From positions 108,128,001 through 108,192,000 of the forward strand of contig OZ024743.1 in NCBI GenBank assembly GCA_964016885.1: 64,000 nt of DNA, read 5' to 3'. The notes beneath the pieces were generated by a model. That model did no database searches. It was not told the DNA's origin and saw only the letters and a list, made by a program, of their open reading frames with translations. The translations under genes and the position numbers were made by a program. The stretch comes from Eledone cirrhosa (Eukaryota). Shown piece by piece: positions 12,908-28,004 of the stretch (position 1 is its first letter; each line of letters begins with the position of its first letter).

Positions 12908-13834
12908 GTGGCGCCGGTAAGGTATTGTCAGCCATTGAAAATAAATATGGAGAGTCGATCTAACAGCCCTAGGATTAGAGCCCCTAATTACACTGTCAAG
13001 GAGCAGTCTGGTCGTTATGACTCTGCTGGCTTAGAGTCACAGAGAGGGCCAGTGGATGATGGATCAGCTGTCTCTGAAACAAATATAAAGAATGCAGTTT
13101 TGTCCTGCAGAAGAGCCATCAAAATGGGCACTTTGAATGTGAGGACTATTCGGACGCTGGAGAAGAGAGAGGAGTTGGGACATCTGTTCGAGGAGAGTGG
13201 TATACAGATAGTTGCGATCCAAGAACACAGGATGCTACACGATGAGCCTGAGAGGAGTGTGATGATCGGGAAGAGGAGCCAGCTCATCACTACATCGGCA
13301 GTGAAGAACATGACCAATGCTGCAGTGGGAGGAGTGGGTTTTGTTTTCAGCACAAAAAACAATCTATTGGTGAGGGAAATAATGCCTGTTTCCCCGCGAG
13401 TGTTGAGGATGACCTCCAATAGAAACCCAAGACTGACAGTCATCTCAGCCTATAGTCCAACCGAGGGGGACAGTGATGTGAGTGCGGAAGAGTTCCATGA
13501 GGAGATGTGTAGAGCTGTCAACACTAGTCAAGCACACAATATCCTGCTTGTTTTGGGGGACTTCAATGCACATCTGAGTAAAGAGGCCAGTGAAGATGAT
13601 TGCTGGTACATCCATAACAACACCAACCAAAATGGAAGACTACTGAGAGACACCCTGCTGGAGGCGAACTTGATAGCGACCAACCTAAGGTTTAGGAAGA
13701 ATCTGGGGAAGATGTGGACCTACATCTCAGATATGCACCTGTCCAAGTCCCAGATTGATTTCATTCTTGTGATGAAAAAGTGGCGGAATAGTGTTCTGAA
13801 CACAGAACCATACAACTATTTCAGTACTGGCTAG
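12908..13834 (+). pseudogene. APE-type endonuclease domain of the RTE LINE
   Basis: 308-aa ORF with the exonuclease/endonuclease/phosphatase motifs NVR, QE, GDFN and D; ends at a frameshift/stop before the last His motif. Confidence 0.9.
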
Positions 13835-14329
13835 TGGCCACCGGCATGTTATGAGTGAGGTCCGGGTGAGCTTAAGAAAGAGCAAGGCTCGGTTCCGGAG
13901 AGCAATCTATGATTGGGGAGCTTTCAAGGAAGATGATAAGCTACAGGAGAGGTTCACAGTGGAAGTGAGAAACAGGTTCAGTGCTTTGTGTGGAGAGTCA
14001 GAGGAGAGAGTGATTGGATGGACTGAGGAGAGTGTGACGAGGAGGTAGGGCACTTCACAAATGCAGTGGCGGAAGCAAGTGAAGCCCTGGTTCCGGGGAA
14101 AAAGAACAAAAGGAGGCACGTCAGATCTGCAAACCCAAAAGTGTGTGCAGCCAGAGAAAACCTGAAACCTGCCAGGGACCAATTCTATGCTGATCCTACG
14201 GAGGAGAGGATGGAGACTGTGGAGGGTATGAGGGAATAATTCTGTACCGATTACACTCAGGGACAACCAGAACGGCTTCAGAGAGCGAAGATCAACCACC
14301 AGTCACATCCTGATGCTGAGGAGGATATT

Positions 14330-15400
14330 AGAGGAAGGCCTTTGATTCTGTGGACCGTCACTGCCTGATGAAGATCTTACAGGCTTATGGAATCGCCAAG
14401 AAGATAGTGGACCTGATATCACTGCTCTACACCAACATCAAAGCCCAAATCATTACACCTGATGGGATGACAGAGTTCTTTGAGATACTGGCTGGAGTGT
14501 TCCAGGGAGATATATTGGCTCCCTACCTTTTTATCATCGTAGTGGACTATTGTATGCGCCTTGCACTGGAGAAACACCAGGGCTCTGGCTTTACTGTAGC
14601 ACCGGCTCAGAGCAGGAGAGCTAAGGCGAAAAAAGTATCGGATGCTGAATTTGCCGACGACATAGTTTTGGTGACAAATACAGTGAAGGAGGCAGAGGAT
14701 TTGATGCGGGAGGTTGAGACTGTGTCGATGAGTGTGGGCTGAGAATGAATGAGACTAAAACAAAATATCTGGTAGATAATGTTGAGAAGCCAGAGGGGAT
14801 CACTAATGTAGGCGGAAGCCGCTAGAACTGGTTGAGCGCTTCCTGTATTTGGGAGCAAAGATTGAGAATACAGAAGATGATGTGGTTGAGAGGAAGAGCA
14901 AAGCCTGGGCGGCGTGCCACTGCTTGAGATTGTTGTGGGAGTTGGACCTTCGTAAAGACCTGAAAATCCGACTCTTCATTGCTGTAGTGGAGTCTGTGCT
15001 GCTGTACGGGTCTGAGAATGGACACTGACCAAGAAACTCACTCAGATGGTGGATGGGTGCTACACGAGAATGCTGAGGATGGCTCTGAACATTAATCAGT
15101 ATACACTGAGGATGAAAAACTCAGAGCTGTATGGGAGCATCCCAAAAGTCAGCTCAAAAGTGACACAGAGGAAACTAGAGGTTAGCTGGACATGCTCACC
15201 GACATCCAGAGTTGACATTGCACTCAGTGCTCCTGTGGGAGCCCCTACATGGACACACTAGAAGAGGAAGACCAAGGTTAACGTATGTTGATGCCCTAAG
15301 GACAGACACTGGTCTGTTGGAGACGCAGGACATGGCAGCGATAATGAGGGACAGAGACCGCTGGAGAGAACTCCTCCATGGATCTCGGGAATTTTACCCG

Positions 15401-15402
<2 letters not shown>
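14330..15402 (+). pseudogene. Reverse transcriptase and C-terminal region of the RTE LINE (frameshifted)
   Basis: ORF pieces 14350-14742, 15046-15261 and 15212-15505 carry QGD, FADD, DGCYTRMLRMALN and GRPRLTY. Confidence 0.88.
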
Positions 15403-15475
<73 letters not shown>

Positions 15476-16664
15476 GGGTGGGGTATGTTTCTTCGAAGTC
15501 AGTAATCAGATTTGATTATTTTTCAGAACATCTCCATATAATATTCTGAATATACACGCATTCATGTATGCACATTTTTATCTGATATCCATATAAATAT
15601 ATTCATATTCATTTATAATGTCTGTGTGTAAGATAAATTTAATGTTTAAATTTATCTCATATTTTATACGTGCTGTATCTGTATGTATTGTTGTAATCAT
15701 ATCATATATATACATATATAGCTTCAAAAAGTGCTCGCATGAATAAGTCTCTAGAAAATGAATTCAAAATAGGGGGCGCACAAGACACTAACAATGGAAA
15801 AACAGTGTAAAGAAGGTCAGTCCCATCTCCTCAATCAAACCCGGGAAATTACTATAGTTTCTGTCCATTAAGGTTGATACCGTTCACTCCAGTGCACATT
15901 GGGACGTAACAAAACAGGTGAATACATGTTATGCCTTTAGGTGAATCATACGAATATAAATGAAATAGTATCCCAAGTGTGTTATATATATATATATATA
16001 CACACATAGGCATATCTACATTCATTTATACATATTCATTCATTTTTCTTTTCAAAAACACTGTAATATATTTTCTTGGCACATTTGACATAAGCGAAAG
16101 AAAAGAATAAACGAATGCATGCACACACACACGCACGCACACACACACACACGCACACCCACACATACACAAACACACGCACACATTAATAAAACAAAAT
16201 ACTTCACTAAAACACCAAACATACACACCAGCCACGACAATGACAACAAATACATTAAGCAAGGAATGATACAATCAAAATTAGTTGTGGTTGTTAACTA
16301 GTATATTATTCCTTCTTTCTTTCTTTCCTATTTTCTTACTTCCTTTCTTTCTTTCGTTTGGCGATTTTTATCTGGCGTATTTATAGTCCATTCATGCTGG
16401 CCTCTTTGCTAATATCTGCCAAACGATAAGCGTTTGGGGAATAGTTTTATATGTCCCGAACTTTCGCCTTGATTTGATAATGTCAGTTAATATGAACATA
16501 AAACTCCAACAAATGAGAAATAAAATGGTATATATAACAGCTAACCCATGCTGTTTAGTTTTGCAAAATTGATATTCTGGTGTGGTTGTATTTGTTGCTT
16601 TTGTAGTTATATTATTCTTTGTTTGTTATCGTTGTTCTATGTATATTTGTGGGGAGTGGGGACG

Positions 16665-16726
<62 letters not shown>

Positions 16727-16849
16727 CATCATGAGACTGGCTGGACAATCTCTCTAATTCTCTTCATTAGAACAATCACTCTAATTCTCTTCAACGAATC
16801 TCCTTATGAGGACTGCTGAGAAGAATTTCAATGATGTTATCGGGAGTCC

Positions 16850-17315
16850 AACAACACCCCTAAGGTTCATGGATGATCTCATTGTGACAACCACAAAATA
16901 TGAGGAACCGAATTGGATTGTTAGCAGTGCCTGGCCACCAGGAAACATGGGCAAGGATGAGGTTCAAGCCTAGGAAATCAAGGGGCATAGAAATATAGAG
17001 GGATAGAGTGGTGTAAACTCCAATTGCATGGAAGGTTATTCCACCAACCCAACAAAATAACTTGGTAAAGGGTTAAATGACTCCTTTCTGACTGGAAAAA
17101 TATCACTAACAACAGAAAGGCAGAGAGAGAGGAATAGCTAAAATGAATTGAGAAATCAGGGCTCCCATGGAATTCTAAAGCATGACTCTACCACCATGGC
17201 CCTCTGTCGAGATTCATATGGATACTAATTTCGGTAACTTTCGTGAGAGTGAAGAATAACAACAAATACTTTCGGCATTAATTGGGTAACCCTGCAAGCT
17301 TTAGCAAATTTGGCC
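16850..17315 (+). mobile_element. Decayed HERO/NeSL-like non-LTR retrotransposon RT fragment
   Basis: Manual translation gives FMDDLIVTTTK, TWARMRFKPRKSRG, IEKSGLPWNSKA*LYHHG..SRFIW and NKYFRH*LGNPASFS. These resemble the HERO-clade RT domain 5 to thumb region as recalled. Confidence 0.7.
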
Positions 17316-17530
17316 AACACTGCTTACCCACCAGTGAAACGTTGTTATTGTTGAGGGTCGAATCAAGCAATGAACGATGGGCATCGTTTGATTATATCAA
17401 GACATCCTGGCCAAGGCTATGTTTAACGAAGACAAATGAAAGTGAGGCATCTACTGGGAGATATAATTATGCCTATATTTTTTATTCATTTTAAGATATC
17501 ACATTGTATGATAAAACTTGTACGTCTGTA

Positions 17531-17725
17531 TAATAAATAATTGTTTCTACTTTAGGCACAAGGCCAGCAATTACTCAGTGTATTACTGGTACTTTATTTT
17601 ATCGACCTCGTAAGGATGAAAGGCAAAGTCAACCTCGGCGGGATTTTAACTCAGATCGTAAATGGACGTAAATATGCTGGAAAGCATGGCGTCCGACCCT
17701 CTACCGATACTGCCAATCCACCGCC
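17531..17725 (-). mobile_element. tRNA-derived SINE, full length
   Basis: Has the 5' GGCGG, A box TGGCAGTATCGG, a degenerate B box and the conserved body. Flanked by the direct repeat ctgtataataaataa at 17526 and 17726. Confidence 0.9.
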
Positions 17726-17729
17726 CTGT

Positions 17730-17923
17730 ATAATAAATAATTGTTTCTACTATTGGCACAAGGCCACAATTACCCAGTACATTACTGGTACTTTATTTTA
17801 TCGACCCCGTAAGGATGAAAGGAAAAGTTAACCTTGGCGGGATTTGAACTCAGAATGGCAAGGGCCGTAACTCTATGCGTCAAAGCATGGCGTCCGATCC
17901 TCTACTGATACTGCCAATCCACC
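17730..17923 (-). mobile_element. tRNA-derived SINE, tandem second copy
   Basis: Same A box, B box and body as the adjacent copy. Confidence 0.9.
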
Positions 17924-17962
17924 AATGACTGCCGTTTTAATACTCATATACATTTTTCGAAT

Positions 17963-18042
<80 letters not shown>

Positions 18043-18498
18043 GTGCGTGTGTGAATGTCTGTGCAAACGCATACATAAACACACATACAATTCATTTATT
18101 TAGCATTATTTATGCTTATATGTAAATCGAATTTAAGTTCTCAAAACAGTCATATATATTTTCCTTATATATTTTCATAATATATTTTCCTTCGTTGATC
18201 TCAACATGAAAAAGAATAATATATAAAACTCAAATCTACAGTCACACTAAATCTATCAATTTACATACACATTAAAAAACCCACACCCAAATACATACAC
18301 ATAAGAACACACATACGCAAATATAAACATACACACGTTCACATGCTAAGATGATAACCACTCATGTCCACACATTTTCACACACATGCATACAACAAAC
18401 ATTTATTACGACGATCTCAATACTTTTCATGGGAGAGTCAAACGTATTATATGAAATGGTTCGTATTCTAATGCCCTCTTCTGTCTCTCTCTCTCTAC

Positions 18499-18563
<65 letters not shown>

Positions 18564-18924
18564 TATATACGGAGAGAGAGAAAGAGAGGGCCAGACAGTT
18601 CTGTTGCTCGAATATCTAGAACACTCAACATCGAAGACGACTGAGGTCGATCAAACGCATGTGTGGATGCATATATATATATATATATATATATATACGA
18701 AAGAAATGTGGTAAGGAACCAGGTGGACCATAACGCACCAAAGTACTCAATACTTAGGGTAGTAGAGTGGGTAATACGAACGAGTAGGACCCCGACAGCT
18801 GAGCTCAAGCCGTTTCAACTTATAAGTTGGTAAGTATTCTCTGAAATCTATGACACTTGTTTTTTTTTACTGAGCTCAAGCCGTCGAAACGGCTTGAGCT
18901 CAGCCGTCGGGGTCCTACTCGTTC

Positions 18925-18959
<35 letters not shown>

Positions 18960-18969
18960 TTATTATATG

Positions 18970-19159
18970 TAATAATTGTTTCTACTTTAGGCACAAGGCC
19001 AGCAATCACCAGTTCATTACTGGTACTTTATTTTATCGACCCCGTAAGGATGAAAGGCAAAGTCAACCTCGGCGGGATTTGAACTCAGATCGTAAAGGGA
19101 CGTAACTATGCTGGAAAGCATGGCGTCCGACCCTCTACCGATACTGCCAATCCACGGCC
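18970..19159 (-). mobile_element. tRNA-derived SINE, full length with target-site duplication
   Basis: A and B boxes intact; attatatgtaataat is duplicated at 18962 and 19160. Confidence 0.92.
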
Positions 19160-19242
19160 ATTATATGTAATAATAACACATGTGAAGACTAAAATCCGAA
19201 GAGGGCTCGATAAGGAGTGATATATATATAAATATAATTATA

Positions 19243-19286
<44 letters not shown>

Positions 19287-19719
19287 TCCATACATACATG
19301 CGTTTGATGGACCTCAGTCGTTTTCGATGATGATTTGATTGTTCTAGTTATTCGAGCAACAGAACAGCGTGGTGGCTTGAATGCGTAACGTGAAAGAAAC
19401 AATTTGATGCCGCGGTAGAATTCATGATCTTCCAATCGTTAGCCGAAAAACCTATTCATTCAGTCACAATCCTTCACACGCATACAACTACATACACACA
19501 TACATACAGGGAAATTTGACAGTGCAATACAACAAACGAGAACGATACAAGATTATAATGATTTATTACTAAATCTTTGGCAAATAGTTTACCGTTTCGA
19601 ATGATAGTGCTTCGTCGAGATATAGCAAAGGATAGAGAGATGAAATAGGAAGGCAGACGAAATTAATGCAAAATGGAAAAGTATAAAGATGAGAGAAATC
19701 GTCTGTTGTTGTTTTCTAG

Positions 19720-19760
<41 letters not shown>

Positions 19761-19764
<4 letters not shown>

Positions 19765-20176
19765 TATGTATACGTACATACATATATGTATACAGACGTA
19801 CAATAGTATGTATATATATATACATACATGCACACATATATATATGTGCGTATGGAATCACCGAACATTTATTATAATGCTCGGTGTGTTTGTAAACAAA
19901 CATCCCGTATTAAGCCGTAGTGTCTAGCAACCACCGTTGCTCGTTTGTTCAACACTGACAAAGGAACGCTGTACTAGTTTCAAGCTTGTTAGCTATCGTC
20001 AGCAACGTATACCTTCCTGCCAGATGATTGAACGTCCGAAAGTATATATTTCCTTTGAACAAACGAGCAACGGTGGTTGCTAGACACTACGACTTAATAC
20101 GTGCATGTATGTATATATATATATACATACTACTGTACGTCTGTATACATATATGTATGTACGTATACATACTTAT
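19761..20176 (-). mobile_element. Penelope-like terminal-repeat unit with an inverted partial duplication
   Basis: 19761-19953 is inverted, with a deletion, at 20055-20176, and the hammerhead lies in the spacer. A homologous copy lies at 25410-25655. Confidence 0.7.
19966..20008 (-). ncRNA. Minimal type I hammerhead ribozyme (Penelope-type)
   Basis: Minus strand reads ACGUUG-CUGACGA-U-AGCU-AACA-AGCU-U-GAAA-CUAG-UA/CAGCGU. Helix I is 6 bp, helix II is AGCU/AGCU, helix III is the palindrome ACUAGU, and the site is GUA. Confidence 0.85.
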
Positions 20177-20913
20177 ATTTAAGTAACAGCCGTACTAAGA
20201 GTGGGAAATGAAATTTCGTTTCATTTTTCCGTTTATCGTTTTCGGTGCACCCGGCCGTTTAAACCACTCGATATGCAAATTGGGCTACTCAGCCGTTAAT
20301 ATGCATAAGGAAGGTATATAGTATGTGTGTTTGTGTGTGTGTGTGTGTGTTTAGATATAATCCTACTCTCTCTTGACTGCAGTGTTGCTACTGAAACTCA
20401 TCATTAAGTAATTATTGATTTCTTGTTGACATAAGGCATCAAGACACTTTCGATAAGATAGGGATTTTTATACTAAATTGAGTCCATCTCTGATATTTAA
20501 AAACTGCGATGTATAATAACTCCAGATTTTTTTCCTTTTTAACACCAACATCACCCCCATCTTTATCAATGGAGGCAACAAAAATATTGTCGACTCCATC
20601 ATGTTGCTATCTTAACAAAACACTTGAAAAATTTCAATTGGGCAAATAAATGAATATAGCATTGAACAACAACAATAATTATTTCAAACATTCGCAGAAA
20701 GCCGTCAATTTTGAGACAGCGGATTATATTGACCTCAGTACTTAACTGGTATTTATTTTGTCGACTCTGGAAGAACGGAATATGCGATACCTTGCAGTCT
20801 TTTTTTTCTGGCTTAGAATTATATACGTTCCACTCGCACCGAAATCCTTTATGCTTTTCGTCATTCTGGGGTTAATAAATAGTACCAATGTATATACACA
20901 CACTCTCTCTCTT

Positions 20914-21000
<87 letters not shown>

Positions 21001-23437
21001 ATCTATCTATCTATATATTTATCTATCTATCTATCTATCTATCTATCAGCTATCTATTTATTTTATATATATATATCTCACTTTCTCACTCTGACACACA
21101 CATGATATGTATCTCTCTTTCCCTAACATCTCCAGAAACGGATAAAAATGTTGCGCCGTAAATTGCGATGCTTTAAACAAAGAATTAGCAACCTGTTTCA
21201 TAGAAAACTCTCAAATCTCTGATATGCTAATGGATGCGTCAAAACATCGATTATGTCATGTTCAATGGGGAATAATAAAGAAGAAAAAAGATCCTTAAAA
21301 CGAAATTAAATATTTTGTGAATATATGAAACAATTAATAATTAACCCAGTAATTGCCTGGTACTCTGAATTCAGCGGGGCTAAGCCACAGAACGTAAAGG
21401 ACCTATCGTTACCATAATTCAAATAAATAAATGTTATGTTATTTTCACTTAATTCTTGAAATACTCAAGAATTCTATGGAATTTTATGGATTACCGTCTT
21501 CATCCATAAGCTGGTCTTTGGAAAAGATTTCAGATTTTTCTAACATAAAATCATGAAGGGAGGCTTAAATTTAGCCCAGAACACAATTAAACATAACTAT
21601 GAAAACGCCTAAAATTAACTTCAATCTAACAATAAAACCTGTTTATTTTAAATCAAACGGATTTGTACCATAAAACCAAGGGGTGTACTAATTGGTTTAG
21701 TATCAGAATGGTACACCATATGCCTTTTTGTCAGGGTCTGTAAAGATTTAATCAAATTATTATAATCTAAATATAAAAATAATTTAACTGCAAATTGCTC
21801 TGCCGTTGAGTGAGTACTCCACGAAGTTGATAAAATAAAATACCAACAACTGTCATCATTATCATGCCTTTTTTTCTTTCCCTCACTTTTCCTGTCAGCT
21901 GCCCTTTATATACATATGTTATATATATATACATATACATACATGCATACATATACACGCACCCACAAATGTGTGTGTGTGTGTGTACCACTTCCGGTTG
22001 TTACTGACACTTAACTTAATTGACGCTTGATCCGTCCGTGTTTCGGTTGAACTAAAGTACAAATTCTGATGGCCGCTCAATGCCATTGCGGACATGGAGA
22101 CATTGAGGGAGTTTACTATTTTTATTTCATTTATGTATTTATGATTTTAGGGTCAATTGGTCAAGAAATATAGGAAAAGAGCGTGAGAAATAGCGAGGAC
22201 TTTTAAGATATATAAAATAGCATGTTTTTTTTATAATTATGGTGTTAATATGTTGTTTAAACTTAGGTCAGAGTTAATTGAGCAGGCAGTACAGACATCA
22301 GCAATCAGTATTTTTCAAATATATGGAGAAATATATTATACATAGTGGTTTTTTCTTATCTAAAGTGTAGTGTGCGGTGGGATGCGTGGCTTATGGAAGA
22401 AATGAAAGTAAATTTGGCCTAAAAGAAAAAGTCGACAACTCTCTCAGAAAACATTCGCTACCTTATTAAGAAAGGACTGACATTTTGAAGTGTGTTATCA
22501 GCAATATACAACCAGAAGAACCCCCCCCCCCCAACACAGTATATATTTAGGATTTTTTCATAGTATTGTTAAATCATAGTCCATCTGGAGATAAATACCA
22601 CCACCAAAAACAACAACAACAAGGCCAACCTATGGCGATATTCTTAGCAAGCCACATCATTCCCATAATAAGTTGTACTTGCAAAGTAAAAAATAAAAAT
22701 CTATCACACGCAGAGAAAAACAAAAAAAAAAAACATGCATACGCTCGTTTATGTTGACTAGCAATTTCTAACAAATACACAGATGAAGCCTAGCTATACA
22801 CATGCATTTCTATACAGAAATAGACACATATATTTATATACACAAGCACACACGCACGTTTGTATTTACAAATACAAACACACAGACAAGCAAACCGGCG
22901 GTTAAAAAGGATGTGGTATGCATGGAGGAGAAAATGGTATGTCAAGGTTCAACACGAAATGAAGGGGTTCACAGTATTTCATTAAACCATCTGGTTTCTG
23001 TTTATAGGCGTGGGGAAGGGACCAATAGAGATTATCATGAAACTATAACCTTGACTGAAGTTGGACACTGGCTTAAAATTAGTCATCGAAGTATGTATGA
23101 CAAGCTATTTAGGTGGGTTATAGGTTGCTTCTAGTCCTTAAGGGGAACTCGTAAACAAAAATCATTGACGTTTAATATCAGAGAGAGTTTATTAAAATCG
23201 GTGCAAGTAAAGATAAAAAAAATAAATACAAGAAGATTTAGCAGTATTTAATTTCCATTCCACTTACAATGGTTTTACCTAACATTAACTCTATCTCTAT
23301 ATATCCATGCGTTTCTACAAAGTATGTATATACATATATGTATGTGTGTACACGAAGCTCTTTTATTCTCTCCTCCTTTCTATTTCCCTCTCTCTCTCTG
23401 TCTCAGTCTATGTATCTCTCACTCACTCCCCCCCTCT

Positions 23438-23542
<105 letters not shown>

Positions 23543-24109
23543 TATTTTCACTATCTATATATCTAATATAACCATATAATCAAACACCGATCTTCCCAAC
23601 CCCGTCTATCTCTCATCTCTCGCATACCTTCCTATTTATCTGTCCACCTAACTTCGTTGTTCCTTGTCTCAAGCAGTAAAAGAAGCTGATTGATCCTCAA
23701 TAGCTTGCATATGTTGTTCATCCTTCACATACATCACCTCAAATTAATCCAGGTCCTTGCTTGACGACGGCCTGGAGTTTGAAGCAGCTGTATATGACAT
23801 CATTTAGTATTTGGTAACATGTGACATTCGCTGAACTATCTTCTAAGCTGGCACCTGACAGGCATTCATTTGAACATTGATAAATTGTTTTCAGACGTTC
23901 TACATCCCTTCTTATTCCTCAAACTTTCTGTAGATGTAATGGCGCTAACGCTTTCAGTTAAATGATTTTCTGTTTGTTTATTTTATTTCTATTTATTTTA
24001 TTCCCATTTTCATTTTATAAAATTGTTTATCACGAACACTCGTCACATTTTCACAATTCTATTGTCTCCCTTCACACACGCGCACACACATGTACACACC
24101 CACACACAC

Positions 24110-24162
<53 letters not shown>

Positions 24163-24278
24163 AATGGCTTCTACAGAACTAGAAGTTTCATTCGGGAGAA
24201 ATCATGATGAAGCTGGTACTCTGCTATATATACCTTACTTATTGTGGTTACCCCCTGATTGAACCAAGGATAAACATA

Positions 24279-24346
<68 letters not shown>

Positions 24347-24389
24347 TGTGTGTGTGTGTATGTGTGTGTGTGTGGGTGTGTGTGTGTGT

Positions 24390-24437
<48 letters not shown>

Positions 24438-24938
24438 ATGTGTGTGTGTGTATAATAAGAGAAATAAGTAAAAGGAAACAGATAGAAAAACAATTAGTGT
24501 TATTAGACTCACGCATTGGATAAAAGAGAGGAAGGTAGTTCAACGTATCGAACGTTTGTCCTTCGTTGAAAGAGTACAAGTAATACATGTGTGTGTATGG
24601 GTGGTGTTTTAATTTGTTGTGCATATCACCGCATATATTGCTGGATTGGTCTATATATTGTTCGTGTTAGTGTCTATGTATGTAGTGCTGTATTAAAATT
24701 GTGTATCTGTTTGATTTGTCTGTGTAAGTATCAAATATATAAGAAATTAATATAGACAAATATGAACCTGTTCATTTTGTATCAGTTCAGCATCTGTCCA
24801 TTCATTTAAAAAAAACAGCAAACCAATCTGAAATTCAAGGATGTCAACTAAGGTTTAAATAACAAAAAAAAACCCAGTTAAATTGCCATACCAACACACT
24901 ATACAAAGCTAACTGAGAAATGGTGTGAATATGTGTTG

Positions 24939-25018
<80 letters not shown>

Positions 25019-25409
25019 CTGCGTTCATACGTCTGTTTATTAATAAGTGTGTTAAAATGTGTTGTTGTATGTGTAATGTATCTAAGTGTGCGTGAGTATC
25101 TCTGTGCGCGTGGATGGGGGAGGGTACTTGGATGAGGGTGTGGTTGGTGTCGGAGATGTGAGATGGCAGGTTGTCTACCAGGAGTTCAAGTCCAAGTATA
25201 GAGTCCATGAAGCCAAATACAGTTCGCGGAGACAATGCAGTTTCGACTGCTTCTCGCAAGGTCATCAGTCATTATGGACTTGTGAGAAGCAGGTGAAACT
25301 CTAGACTCTAGAGTCTAGAGTAACAAGGCTCCCTATTAAACCTTAATAAAATGGATACTTAACTACTGTTTCCTATCGACCGTCAATTATACACAAATAT
25401 ATATATATA

Positions 25410-25655
25410 TGACGAAAGCTAATAAGCTTGAAACTAGTACAAGCGTTCCTTTGTCAGTGTTGAACAAACGAGCAACGATGGTTGCTGAACACTACGGCAT
25501 AATACGAGATGTTTGTTTACAAACACACCGAGCATTATAATAAATGTTCGGTGAATCCATACGTACATATATATATGTGTGCATGTATGTATATATATAT
25601 ATATACATACTAATGTACGTCTGTATACATATAAGAATGTACGTGTACATAATTA
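25410..25655 (+). mobile_element. Second copy of the hammerhead-bearing unit, 5'-truncated inside the catalytic core
   Basis: Reads (TA)n-TGACGA-AAGCT-AATA-AGCTT-GAAA-CTAG-TA-CAAGCG and then follows the reverse complement of ~19761-20000. Confidence 0.8.
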
Positions 25656-25660
25656 TATAT

Positions 25661-25710
<50 letters not shown>

Positions 25711-25716
25711 CCTATC

Positions 25717-27300
<1,584 letters not shown>

Positions 27301-28004
27301 TATATTTGTGTATATATATTATATATACGAATGAGTGAGAGAGAGAGAAATAAGTGTTTGTGTGTAAAATAACACTCAATAAATTTTTACATGTATAATC
27401 CGATTATCATGTTCGGCGAACCTACAACACTTGCTACTACTACTACTACTACGCCCCCTCTTCCACCTACAACTAATACTTTCATTACTACTACCACTAC
27501 ATCTACTCCTAATAATCTAAACTATAATAAAGTAAGGAGTGCGGCACTCCGTGCAGATTATATATTTGTTTATCTCGTTTGTAAATAAGTTATTTTGAAT
27601 AAATAATGAATGAATATTACATAATTTATCTACTAAATTTCGTTATACTTGATTAAATATAAATAATTGTGGGGCTTATTTTAAGATTCACTTCTTTAAA
27701 ATTTTCAAATGTCAACACTTCCTGTTAGCGATCGCTTAAATAAACATTCATATATTTCCGTCACTAATTTTCTCCTAATGCAGTTTATATATAATATCGT
27801 CTATTTTTAATGTATCATGGATTACGTTACTGATTACATAAGACAATGTAACGCATTCTTCGTTCAATTTCTGTGTATATTGTCAATTACGATTTTATTT
27901 GTTGAATCATATCTACATGCATATATACGTGCGTATAATATCAATTTGCACACCATACACGCCAGCAGAAAACCACGCGAAGGGTGGTTTTTCTGCTAGT
28001 AGTA

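Larger units (their letters stand above)
12735..15402 (+). mobile_element. Degenerate RTE-clade LINE with 5' UTR, APE endonuclease and RT; internally deleted
   Basis: EN motifs GTLNVRT, AIQEHR, SAYSPT, LGDFNAH, SQIDFIL. RT motifs KAFDSVDR, GVFQGDILAPYLF, EFADDIVL. C-terminal RRGRPRLTYVD. Contains stops and frameshifts, and is flanked by (TA)n on both sides. Confidence 0.92.

Noticed and set aside
17531-19159. Recurrent ~190-bp units as a CRISPR array or tRNA genes
   Set aside because: They are dispersed SINE copies with TSDs. There is no repeat-spacer periodicity, no cas gene and no complete cloverleaf.
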